The position numbers were made by a program, and so were the translations under genes. Shown piece after piece: positions 49,816 to 62,291 of a stretch of DNA of 64,000 nt; position 1 is the stretch's first letter, and each line of letters begins with the position of its first letter. Source of the DNA: Tubiluchus corallicola (Eukaryota > Animalia > Priapulida); NCBI GenBank assembly GCA_030141605.1, contig JAQGDQ010000026.1, positions 124,001-188,000 on the forward strand. The letters are read 5' to 3'. A model generated the notes under the pieces. It saw only the letters and a list, made by a program, of their open reading frames with translations. It was not told the DNA's origin and ran no database searches.

Positions 49816-50085
49816 GCAAGGCAAGGCAACTCATGAGCCAAGGGTTCTTCTGTGAAAATCTAAGAGAAGTGGTCATTGATTCGCTTAATAACTGCCTGAG
49901 GTTCACAGTGTCCTAAACTGTGATGTAAAATCAAAATTTTTATGCAAAGTGTCATAATGGCACATGTTGCAAATAAAAACTTGCTAGTTTTTACTTTTTA
50001 GCATAATATTTATATTATTGTCATATTTGCATATATTAAATTTATACAAGCAAATTTTCCCTACAAGCAACATTTTCGACTGTAT

Positions 50086-50430
50086 ACTAGAATGAGGGTA
50101 CGCAATATAGGTGAGTAAGTGAACTCTTGAAGTCACTGTAGGCAAAAATTATTTTGACATTTTTATCCTTTTATTTTGATCTGTGATGTTTTGAACCGAA
50201 AAATTGATGTCACAGATCTTCTCTAGAGTTTCCCAGAGTCATCCCTGTACCAAGTCTGGTGACTATAGCTTCATCTGCCATGATTTTATACATATTTTTC
50301 CTTTTTTTTGATCTTATAGAATTTGACCTTTGACTTTTTAAACCAGATATCAGCAGTTTCCCACTCTTGTCATGACCTATCCCTGAGCCAAATTTGGTGA
50401 TCATAGTTTCATTCGTTTTGATTTTAGTAT
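50086..50430. mobile_element. Degraded interspersed repeat with about 140-bp internal tandem units (Helentron/HINE-like)
   Basis: Two diverged units (ccctgtaccaagtctggtgactatagcttcat and ccctgagccaaatttggtgatcatagtttcat) plus gacctttgac motifs. The family assignment is from recalled similarity only. Confidence 0.4.
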
Positions 50431-51342
50431 ATGAATAGGGACTAAATGTCGTATTCACACTCCAACAACTATCTGTGTAGGGCCTAAGTAATAATATAGG
50501 TATTACCAAAGTAAATTTAAGTAATAATAAAATATGGGGCTTTTGGTTTCTGTAAACCACATACCAGTGTTGGTGCCTAACTATGCACCAATGGAAAAAT
50601 GCTCACAGGCATTTTATTAGAATTCTTTAAATGGAATGTGACAGGACTATCGCTGAAAACAACTTTGAAATTATTGATTATGACAGTGTAGGAATATTAT
50701 TATATTATTTGGTATTTGGCGAAGTTATAGCTGATTGATGATAACATAATTTGTCTCAATAAAGACCTAGAAGGTCACATAAGCCTCGGGAGAAGAGCAA
50801 TGTAATGAAACACAAAAAATACAGATGTCACAAAAAAATCAGAAGAGGGTGGTCAGGAGGAGTACACAGTACAACAATGTAAAGTACATCATTTCAACTC
50901 GATGTGTTTTGCAGTAAGCACGGAGTTTGATTATCTACCACATTTTCATGAAGTTTTACCAAAATTGTTTATGTAAAATACATCATGGTATCTTGTAAGC
51001 TGTGACACTATTAAGAAATTTCTACTAAGGAATTGGCAAATTTCCCATTAAAAATGTAAATAAAATATGCTCATTAACTGCATAAGCTGTTAAAGCATTG
51101 TTCTGTGGAGCAGAGCTAAATTTTAATTGCTGTTGTTTTCATTATTGTTGTGATTTTGTATTAATAAATTATTATAAAACCAATAGAAGAGTGCAGTTCA
51201 ACATAGTTTTTTGTCATACTCGATACAGTATAGATTATCAAGCTATTTCAAATTGTTTACGGTCACAATATTATATACTTAGAATATATATACTGATTTA
51301 GTTCCAGAGTCTCCACCTGCACACTGTCACTTGAATACGAGA

Positions 51343-54300
51343 ATGGGAAACACGGGTGGAAAACGTGGTAGCACGTATGGAGATGATATGCCATCGTCGC
51401 CTGGGAAAGACAGCCAGCCATTTGACTTTGGCAGTGGTTCAAAAAAGGGAAGGCTTCTGATGCCACCTTCCATTGATGACCCCATGGATGATTATCTTTA
51501 TACACCGTCTAGGGTAAGGAAATGCTTCAAACCATGTCTGTGCTGTGGCGTATTGTGCTTAAATACTTTAGACCACTCTTCAGTGATGGTGCATCATACT
51601 ATGGTGTTTATTGTCAGTTTTTCTCTGCACTGATCAGTAAAATGCTTCTAGGTGTATTCATAGTGAAAGTTATAATGTAGTTTTGTGATTCCGGCTGTTG
51701 TTAAACTTCAGTTTTATTAATTCATCAACTGAAGTTACTTTCATTAGTATGCTTTTTAATAATTTAATAGTGATTTAGCTTTCACTTTAAATATAGAATC
51801 ATGCTACTTATTTGCGGTGTACGAAAATGTATTTTTGACAACAATTTTATAGCAGGGAATGTCAGCCTTAGAATGAACGCACACTAAACTGCCGTAAAGA
51901 TAGCGTGAGTTTACAAAACATCTTTACCATACATAAGCTATGTTTTGGCTATGTAGTTAGCAACCCCATAGGACAAACATTGCAGGAATGGCATAGCCAA
52001 ACAGTGATAGCTTATGTATGGTGAAGGTGTCTTATAAACTCCTGTTTGTTTTTACTGCAGTTTGTGTGTGTTTCTGTTCATTCTAAAAGTGTTTTTCTTT
52101 CTAGAGTCTAAGTCAAGGAATGGGAAGTGATTACATACCTGTTGGTCGACCTCGGGCGAGCACTATATCAACTGGTAAATAAGTTACATGAATACTAACT
52201 GAACTTGTTTTAAATTTTACTCTTTAAAATGCTTATAAAAATATGTATAATAGTTATTTAGTGATTATAGCCAATGTAATTAAACTATTTTTTTATATCT
52301 ACAAACCGCTTCAAAGATCCATTTTCAGTGATCTTAAATTACCAGCAGTCTATTTTACGTCATTTTAAAACCAGGCTAAGTTCCACACATCTAATTTATG
52401 TTTTTACCTCCAAGCTAAAACACTGAGCTAACAGTGTTTGTCTCAGCACATCTGACACTTCTTTGGGGAGAGATTAACTTTTCATACAACATTTTTATAT
52501 TAAGCACTGCAAAGTTGTAGAACCAGTAACAGTGGACTGATTTTTCACCGAGTATGGTAAAGCTAGTTTAAGCTAGTTTATAATGTGACTTTTAGACAGT
52601 GGAGTATTTTTAGAGGCTGAAGCTGAGTCAGTTTGCTACTATATCAGCTGACTCACACAGTAAATCAGCTAGCTCGGCTGAAGTTGACTGAAGTTTAAAG
52701 AAAATAAATCAGCTAAAGCTGCAGATTTTTTAGCTAAATAAATCGTAAATTTTTAGTTAACTGTTAATTATGGAGGCAAATTTTTTAAATAATTCGTGTC
52801 GCTTATACTCAGAGAGAAGCTGATGTACAAATTCAAATAATGCATTAGAGATTTTTTATTATTATAAAAAGCAATGGGTTTATTGCAAGTATAATTTAAA
52901 TCCAACTCTTGGTGAGGCTTATCTTGAACACCAAAATGATCCCATATCATGACTTACGTTGCTTATTTGTGAGCGTGATATTTGTGTATCTAGTGATTTT
53001 TGTGTATTTAATTTTGTGTTGACCAGCTTTCTCGTTCAAAAATTTCCTAACTTTAGTATCTCTACCAGCACACACACAATCCGACCGCGAATCTGCAATG
53101 CGTTTGCCATATTTCAATTAGTGACTTACAGTCACTTCGCAGCTGGCAAAAATGTCGGCTAGCTCGACTCCCATCATTGAGTGGCTGGCGCTGGGCTTCT
53201 TATCAGCTAGGTTGGCTGTAGAAATAAACCGGTTGGAACTCAGCTGAACTCTTTGGGCTTTAAATATTTTGCTTTGCAAAATCTATGGTGTGAATGTCGT
53301 TAGTCACTGTAACAGTTTCAAATATACTATCTGTGTGACAGTATTATAATAACATACATACATTTTAGGTGCATCAATTAATGCTCAAGCTCTTCCCACT
53401 GTCTTCAAATGGGATGGCGGGGGTAAACAAGTATTTATTTCTGGAACGTTTAACAATTGGAAAACAAAGATTCCCATGGTGAAAAGGTATATTGTTGCCA
53501 GTCTTGTTCTTGTGTAACTTTAAATTGAAGGAAAAAAGATATTCGGACACATAGATAGTCTTTGCACTTGATGTATGTGGTCTGGAGACAAGGTGCAGTT
53601 GAGATAACTTTTTGTTATGGGCTAGTAGCAGTAATATCGTGTTGTTTTTTATGTGTTACTGATTGAACACATTGTAACTGAAGTAACACTGCACAATACA
53701 CCAACCACATAATTACCTCATAACATTATGATAATTGTGCAACAGCATAATATAAGCTATTGTGAAATTATTAATTATCATCCGTTCTCCACCATACCCT
53801 TAATCTAGAGAAGACAATCTTGAAATAAAGGACATCTTACATTCTGCAAAAGTATTTTCCATTACTTTTATAAAACCATCGAGGCCGAGCAAACCAAATA
53901 TCTTACATGAGATAGAAGGAAGGCTTGACTGTGTCTAGTGACTTTGAGCTTTGGTATATTACCCTGTATCAAAATTCATGTTTTCTTTTAATTTAAACAT
54001 TATTGTGTTTCTTACTTGACATGTGGTTAGTTGGTACCCCGAATCGCATATTTGCCTTTTTACAACTTCATGTTTTTGCATATTTTTCTCAGCTGAATGT
54101 TTCTTTTATTGGCTGAAAATAATGCTCTAATGATGCCATTTTCGATTCATTTTTACAGCAATCCATGAAAAATGACTAATCTTTAAAGATTGTTTTGAAT
54201 TATGATTGCCTTGTGTTTGATTGTGTTCATCAAATACACATGTTTGTACCAGGCTTTTAGCACAACTATAGTAATAATCCTTGTAGCAAGTGTTGTGCGA

Positions 54301-57300
54301 TATTGTGCATTACATTTTCGAATATTTAATTAAGACTGGTACAGTAATAAAGCAAATTAAAAAAATTATCTGGTTTTAGTAACCTGCTCTTTTACTTGTA
54401 CATTTAGCATTTTCAATCTTATTTTAGTAATGAAAAATTCACAACGATTATCGAGCTTCCAGAAGGTCAACATCAGTATAAGTACTGCGTAGATGGCGAA
54501 TGGGTTCATGATCCTAAAGAGGTTTGTACTTTTATGCATGTATAATTTTCATTTTGTCAAAAATCTGTTGGGGTTTTTTCTTGAATTTTAATACAAAAAA
54601 TTCCGCAAAAAAATCCTTTTGCAGCTAATCTGAGTGGCAAGAATAAAAATGTTGTTTCATTCACAGGATCAACAATATAAACTGTGAAAATACTCCACAT
54701 GTATGTCTTGTCTATCACTACTTTTACAGACTTTCCTATAAACTAAATATGTCAATTCAGTAGAGTTAACTTTTTCATTTGACTGGTTTTCGCTTGTGTG
54801 ACCATGTGTGTCATTATAGTGACATTATAAAAGCAGCTAATCCTTAATTGTCAAGAATAGAGCTATACATGTAGTAAAGCCATTGTTAGTATAGAGTTTG
54901 ATGCTTGACTGTATAGTTAAACAGATTAATTTCACTTATATTTCTTATAAATACAGACCGTAAAGTTGAATATAGTCCTAACACTATTATAGCAACTTAG
55001 CAGTTTAGTTTAAGTAACAATTGCCTGTTCACCAATATGGCTTATAATGTAGACTTCGTGATAATTATTCCTAGAAATGTTTTGTCTGTGTCATATCTTC
55101 CATCTTTATATTTATGCAAGTAACAAAAATTAACACCATTTCAGCCTACAACAAACAACGATGTTGGCTCTGTGAACAACACCATTGCTGTTAAGAAAGC
55201 AGATTTTGAAGTGTTTGAGGCATTAGCTATGGACAGCACAAAAGAATCTAATTCAAAGCGTGAGTGTTTTTTCTTATCATTCATTTGGTTCGGAAATGAA
55301 GAAATATCAAGAATCATGCTTAGAGGTATATAAAGTCTAACTAAACAAACAACTAACTAGAGTCATGCTTGTTTCTTTATAAATTGATTATTTAACGTTA
55401 GTTGAGAAAATAGTTTTAGTTTAGAGAATATCTTCGGATCATTATGTGAAGTTCCAAATTATTGATTTTAGAAATTTCTGGGTCTCCACCTGGCGAATAT
55501 TCGCAGGAGATTCCTATTAGAAATCCACAGGAAAAATCCTCGGGACCTCCCATTCTCCCGCCTCACTTGCTGCAGGTCATACTTAATAAAGATACTTCAT
55601 TGCAGGTTTGTGGTTTTTTGCCCTTATTTGGAAACATGGTTACGTAATTTCATAGAATTTTGCTTTTCTTGTATCTTTGTAATAGTACACAGTCAATCCA
55701 CAGGCGGATCTAGTAAACTCAGATACCTTGTAAATTTGCATACGAGAATAATTCATCAAGAATATGAACAATGAACACAGTTATATTTATGCATACAAAT
55801 TTAAATAAAATTTTATCTAATTATGTCCAGTTTATTTAACTATGCAATGTATAGTTCTTAGTAGTGGTGAGACTGACTAATCAATTGTAAACGATTTGGG
55901 CTTTTATTTCCGATCATCGGTTATTTTTCAGCTGCTAACACATCAGTTGTATTACAAATGTCTTTTGCACTTATTTTTTGGAAAAGCCACAACAATCGCT
56001 CCCTATAAGCACACATACGACGAGCACAGTTTTGTTGAATTATTCTGAAAATTCTACGCTAATGAAATAAGCTCATTTAAAACTTGTTCTGTTACTTTAT
56101 ACTTTTTCTACCAAAATTGTAATTAAACAGCAGTAGTTAAAATAACAAGCCTGTTACAGTCAAAGCGTTATTTGTTATCACTTCAAAATTACTACTTCTT
56201 GTGCCTGAAATCCGACTATCATCGATTACTGAATCACTTTCATATCCAATTAAGCGATTATGAAAATGAAACCGATGTCCCACCACTAGTTCTTAGTAAC
56301 ATTTTTATCGTTCTAGATGCAACTAAAATGACATTGTTTAATGTTCATTGTGAACATTAGTAGCACACTTGTTACAAGATTTGTTATTTTTTTCATAAAA
56401 CTCTAGTAATAGCTTTTTTATTGACTTTTCTATTTTATTTTCATAGTGTGAACCATCTTTGCTACCAGAACCTAATCATGTCATGCTGAATCACCTTTAT
56501 GCACTTTCAATTAAAGTAAGTAAAACATATAGTTATGGTAATGAAAGTGTAATGTACTACACTTTTTGTCTTTTGACTTTATTGAATTTTATTTTGAACT
56601 GATTTTGCTTTAAGATTTAAGACTTTAAGGCCTAAGATCTTTTGAACAAAAGCAGATAACCACACAGTGACTCAAAGTAATGATAACAGTTACTCGTAGT
56701 AATGAAAAAAAACTCCAACAGTTGGCTAATGGTAAATTAGTGAGAAAGAGATTTAAAAGTGGTCTCAATGCAGTAGCATTGTGCCGATTTTCAGAAAAAT
56801 ACGGTGTTCAGCAGCCAGTTCACTCAAAATTGTTTAGTTTGTATGTTATTGGAGTTTACAAGAAATTTACTTGTTTTACAAAAGCTAAAAACATTTAGTG
56901 CAGTAGTGTTAGGCTAAGCTTTACAGAAGGCCTGAATCAGGCCAGCTGAAGCGCATTTAAAGAGTTACAAACTGCTAGCTAGAGTAAGAGTAAGAGATGT
57001 AGTTGACATCCAATATAGCTTACCTTTATTTATATCTGATTGAAACAGTGGCCTGCAATTGGCATTGTGGTCACCATGCAAGTACTAACCAGAGCTAGGA
57101 TCTTTAACATTTGCAAACAGTTTTGAGCTAAACAACTAGGTGAGCCGATAGCTGGACCCATCTATCTTCAGACGCCTCTAATACTGCTTAGTATATTGGT
57201 TCTTGTTGTTATGTGTTCATGAGCATATAAGTCAAAACAATAACATTCATTCTTTTTATGTTAGATTTTTTAATCAAAATACTTTAAAAGATATTGCTTA

Positions 57301-57430
57301 GTCAAAGTAATTGTTGCACCATTAGTATTTATTTTTTATTTTGTGTTTTCAGGATGGTGTTATGGTCTTAAGTGCAACACATAGGTACAGAAAAAAATAC
57401 GTGACGACTTTATTGTATAAACCCATATAG
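51343..57430 (+). CDS. PRKAB1: 5'-AMP-activated protein kinase beta subunit, 282 aa, 8 coding exons
   Basis: Exons 51343-51513, 52105-52174, 53369-53486, 54428-54521, 55145-55259, 55472-55605, 56447-56515 and 57353-57430 (849 nt, in phase). MGNT myristoylation start; CBM motifs PTVFKWDGGGKQVFISGTFNNW and LPEGQHQYKYCVDGEW; then DFEVFEALAMD, SGSPPGEY, PPILPPHLLQVILNKD and CEPSLLPEPNHVMLNHLYALSIKDGVMVLSATHRYRKKYVTTLLYKPI. Likely the invertebrate co-ortholog of PRKAB1/PRKAB2. Confidence 0.97.
51868..52086. repeat. Intronic imperfect palindrome / hairpin MITE (about 220 bp)
   Basis: ttagaatgaac..aaactgccgtaaaga..gagtttacaaaacatctttaccatacataagctat..tttggctatg pairs with catagccaaa..atagcttatgtatggtgaaggtgtcttataaactc..tttactgcagttt..gttcattctaa. 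Confidence 0.85.
52611..53262. mobile_element. Degraded hAT-like MITE with CAGCT subrepeats
   Basis: The left end matches 37067 and CAGCTG/AGCTAG motifs cluster at both ends. No TSD found. Confidence 0.45.
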
Positions 57431-57924
57431 GTGAACAATTGTGGCTGTGTTAAGTATCAAATAAATCCATGTTTAATTGATTTAATACATTTCATTTAAA
57501 TGAGAGCCACAAGCTGCAAACTGTAAAATATAACAAGTAATTTATACTTCTTTAGTCTTCTCTTTTCATAAACAAGTCTGTATCAAGTGTCATGCACTCA
57601 TTGAGACTCCCTACAACTAAAAGGCCTGATACATTATGCATTTGAAACCGTTGCCAAATCATTTGATTCAGAAAATGCTTGTGTCTTGTAGTTTCTTAAA
57701 CTTCAAGGTAAATAAAGTTTAGTAAATTTCATTATGCTATACTGGTGTTCATGCTGTTGTGCAAAATTACTTTTTTGTTTTGCACGATACCTGTGTATAA
57801 ACATCTTATGCTGGTGTGTAACTTCTGTGATGTATGGGGTATGTTTTCTGTGGTTACTATTAATTTACAAGTGTAGGTTTGTGTGTTCTATAATGCTGTT
57901 CTTTATCTCTCTTAATCAATGAAG

Positions 57925-58112
57925 CCATTAAAAATGCAGGCTACTTTGGGACTACAAAAAAAGTTGGCATTATAATGACGTTGGATATTATAATGACGCA
58001 CATTAATACATACTTGTCTATGCAAACATATACATTTTCTTTTGCTAAAAATTTTGGGTTTAAGTGAGGTTGGCATTATAAGGGGGTTGAGCATTATAAC
58101 GAGGTTTAACTG
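57925..58112. mobile_element. Tigger-like MITE remnant in the probable AMPK-beta 3' UTR
   Basis: One intact end, gcattataacgaggtttaactg|TA, with repeated ggcattataa motifs. Confidence 0.6.
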
Positions 58113-59570
58113 TATCTGCCAAAATTTACGATTCATAGAATCCCACTGATAGTTTGAATTTCACGTAACGTTCCCTAGACTGAAATCTTATTTTCAACTT
58201 GAACACTTCTGAATTATGGCACTTATATTTGCATGCTGCTGCACTTTCGTGGATGCTTTGTACTCTTATCATATGTCATTACCATTGACGTAGATTTTCT
58301 TGGGTCACTGTAACCATAATTTACCTCAGTTTACTGTCATTAAGAATAGGTTAGTTGTAAAAAAAGAGAGTATGTTTCTTGTGACATTGTAATTATAAGT
58401 GTAGCCAACCTTGCAATAAAAATTTAATAATTTATTGCTATTTTGAAAGTCAGCTAAAATTTTGGCAAATACCAGGCAGTTCTGTAAAAAACTTTTTTGT
58501 ATATATTGTGTAATATAGATGTGTTTCCATCTTATACGTGTGTAAAATCGTATTCTTGGTATGTTTAGCACTAGAGAGTGTAATAATTATTTTAATGTTA
58601 TTTTAATGATTAACTGCTTCTGACTTCTAGTACAGTAGTATGATGCTGTTGTTTGTCTTCTAAGAATTAACGTGCGAAGTACAGAGTGTCACCGTATATG
58701 CTGAAGCAGCCAGTTTTCTTGCAGACAGTTTTATATTTCACTAAAAAGAGTTGCATAGCAGTAAGCAACCTATTATTATGAATAGTGTTTATGTGTAGAA
58801 TAAGAAAAACGTCCGTGTTCGTTTTTTCAAGGTTCAGTCGAAGGTAATGCACGTGTATTTATGAGAGTCATAATAATAAATATTATTTACTCTTGGACTT
58901 GAAATATTGTTTTGCAATTCGGTTACATTGTTTTTCTTTACATTCTTTATACTGTATATCTTATTACAAACTGATGTCAAATACTTTAATTAACAGAAGA
59001 CCCTACTAATATTGATGGCTGTAGTGGGACTGGAATTTAGCTTATTATTAAGCATAGTCTGCAGAACTAAAACGATTCTCTTTAAGTGCATGTCTGATGA
59101 GTTGTGTGTCTAATCTAGATAAATTATGATTTTTTTATTGAACATCTGTCCATAAGTTGTAGCTGATGCTTAAACTGACCACTTAGTTTTTCTCCTTGTT
59201 GACGTCCATAGTAACTAGATGTAGTAAATCAGTAATAGGTGTTGGGTTGAATCTTTTAAGCCATCAGAGTTTGAGGCTATGACCAATGCGACCGTGTAGA
59301 TATAGAATGGTTTATACCAGGCCTTGGGCTCCTAAACACCATAGTTACTTATTATTTTCTTTACGTCAAATAATTAATACTACTAATCTCTATTAAAAAT
59401 GTTCAGGGTGCTTACTACTGCTGAAGCCAAAATGTATCATGACATCACATGTGTGTGGTTTTGTCTTTTCCAATATTCCAATGTGTTGCATTTCACAAGC
59501 TGCATTTCTAATGCATAATTTGTTGCCAATTTTAATAGAATTAAAATATTTAAAAAACTAAAGAGTTTAA

Positions 59571-61331
59571 AGGGGGAATATCATGAAAACCAAGTTAAAC
59601 TTATTTTATGGTTGCCTTCCCCGGGAACAACTTGGCGAAATTTTTTAGTACAGTACGTTGTCTAATTAATGAGTAATTAACTTTTTTGTATCTCAGGAAA
59701 CGCCATGGAGCTGCACTTACGCCTCTCCCAGTGAAAAATTGAACTAACGCAGCCTGCACACGGGTTAAAAATAAAGCTGTTATTACTACTTTTCAGCATC
59801 TGACCTTGGTTCGGATAGGTAGTCAGCTGATAGAAACGATTGTCGTTGCACTTGTTAACATGTTTTCATCAAAAGCTATATGTTTTACTACCGTCGAAAG
59901 TTATAGGTCCATTATAGTGTATTCTAATAGAGGTGAACAATCATTGCGCAAAAGTAGGCCTACAGCATATTGTGAAAATTATTGTGGCATTAATTGAAAA
60001 CATCGCCAGCAATACAAGCTGCAAAAGTGTGGGCGTTGGTAGCAAAAGCTCTTTTCTTGTAAAACAAGTCCGATAAAGTAACCTCATTCTAGAAGAATTA
60101 ATGAATTTGTAAACACAGAGAAACTCACTCAAGCATAACTATTATGCTAGTGTGACAATTTTTCGTTTTATCACCTTGACAAAAAGTATGTGAACGCCAC
60201 GGACACAGAGACTATAACATATATAAACATTTTTAACTTTGTCGTGTTTCAGTTATTTAAATCAGTAAGAGTTTTAATACCAACCAGAACTTTAACCATT
60301 GTTCATTAGCTTTTGTTTTTACATGATATCATTATGTTGTGTTTATTATTTTTACACAGCAGTATTATTAAAATATTAGGATTAGATAAAATTCTTGTGG
60401 TCAGTTGGACTGAAATAAAAATTTATGATAATAATACACTTATTACTAATATAATTATTATCCACTTTTACAAAATAAAAAACTAACAATATAATATGGT
60501 TCGATGACAAAATAATTATTTATTGCATTACATAATATAATTGTTTTTTCCTATTGAAATGGATACAAATCTAGAGATGACTAAACTGCATCGATAAACT
60601 ATGCACTTGGGCTTAAAATGAAACAAAAAAGACACTACAAAAAACTGCATCTGACTGAATCTCTCAAAAAGGCAAAGCACAATATTTTTAACACTCGAGT
60701 TCATCATGTTCTAAACTCACGTTTCAAAGCAAACAGCCGAGAAATTATTACATAGGTTGTAAGAGTGAATCCAGGTTTTTAGATTGTACTTTCATTGCTT
60801 CAATAATTTTCTGTTGCTCATTGGAAACTAAAAGTTGTTATATTTTGGCTTCGTATTTCGATACTTTCCGTCTGACTGCCGCATCCCGTTTATTTGCTGA
60901 ATCCTAGTGTAACACATTCCACGACCGTTTTTCAATAAGAACCATCAAGACCGGAACCTAGCAAATCACGCATTCAATTCACAATAAGCTAATCTTTACC
61001 GCGATACCGTCACTAAGTATAAACTGCGTAAAAGTACTGTATGCTGCTTGCTGAACGCTGTTTGTCGATGTAAACAAATACTCAAACAAGTACTCCCATT
61101 GGGCATTTTGCCAAGTTTCATCTGTAGTACGGCAATTTTGCTACTAGAGGCGCAGGCGCAGATACATGCTCAATGGCGGCCTAGTCAAATGTTCATTTGT
61201 GTACAATTTCATCCGAACTTTTGCCAAGGATTCTTAAACATGAAATTTTCGTGAAGAATGAGGTACGTATTTCTATTCACAATATAATCGCGAGTTATTC
61301 AAGCTCAACTTAATTGTAGTGATATTCCCTT
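59571..61331 (-). mobile_element. Kolobok-like non-autonomous DNA transposon with decayed THAP domain
   Basis: TTAA on both sides, RR...YY termini and an imperfect TIR of about 30 bp (agggggaatatcatgaaaaccaagtt and aagggaatatcactacaattaagtt). A THAP relic lies on the minus strand at about 60630-60928. Confidence 0.75.
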
Positions 61332-62291
61332 TTAACTTGTGGCATATTACCAAGTACAGTTTAGAATGGCCAAAAAGTTTGTGCACAATTAAAACGATAA
61401 AATTACGAGTGTTTATTGCTGATGTCATTATTATCGTCTAAATGTTCTATTTGTAAATTGCATACACATGTAGAACATATTTGAACCAACATAAACACAA
61501 AATACTTAAGAACACATGCATGTATACTTTTCTTTCTCGTACTTCAGAAAACATGCATGACTTTCTCGCGTAATTTACAAAACAGACTCTGTCTAACTTG
61601 TACAAAATTTAAATACCTCTTATTAATTTTTTTATTTTGCATAAAATTTGGACATTTTCATGATGTGGCTGGCATAGAAATTAGTTCAGCAATAGTTAAT
61701 TTTACAATAAAGCAGTAATTTTGAAGAAACTTGAAGGGTAATGTTTGTGGATTGGGTGTATCACAATTTGTTTATAAGAGAGTATGTTTAGAATGGTCTT
61801 CCAGGAAAGCTGATTACCGAGGCAAATGGATAAGCAACGTGGAACACAGTTTCATAAGAAAAAAGGGCAACTGCAGAAAACTTTAACAATAACTAACAAA
61901 AAAGTACCTTCCTCATATTTGGTCAAATTTTTTGAAGGTATGATCAATACCTGTGCATTTATGCAAAGTTGTTGACAGACAAAATTAAACAATTGCTAGG
62001 TTAGACATGTACCCATTATGCCATCTGAACCTTGGGTAGATTCCTTTTCTTTTTACCAATGCCATGCTTGGAGTGCAGGGGTATGAAGTTTTATCCAAAC
62101 TGAATCGTTAACCCTGTTGTTTTAAGTCATATTCTAATAATATACCTTTTTATATTTTTTGTATTTATACAACTCATACAAGCAGTTAACTGTGCACTGG
62201 CTAAAGGGAAACAGAGATAGAAAGCAGTAACTGCAAGTTCGGCTTTAAAATTACAGTTTTCTATTTCTATAAAATAAGATACCTTGGAATA

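Noticed and set aside
44000-51300. Additional gene or firm 5' UTR exons of AMPK-beta in this interval
   Set aside because: The short ORFs lack recognisable domains, and candidate donors (about 42067, just upstream, and 46702) cannot be validated without transcripts.
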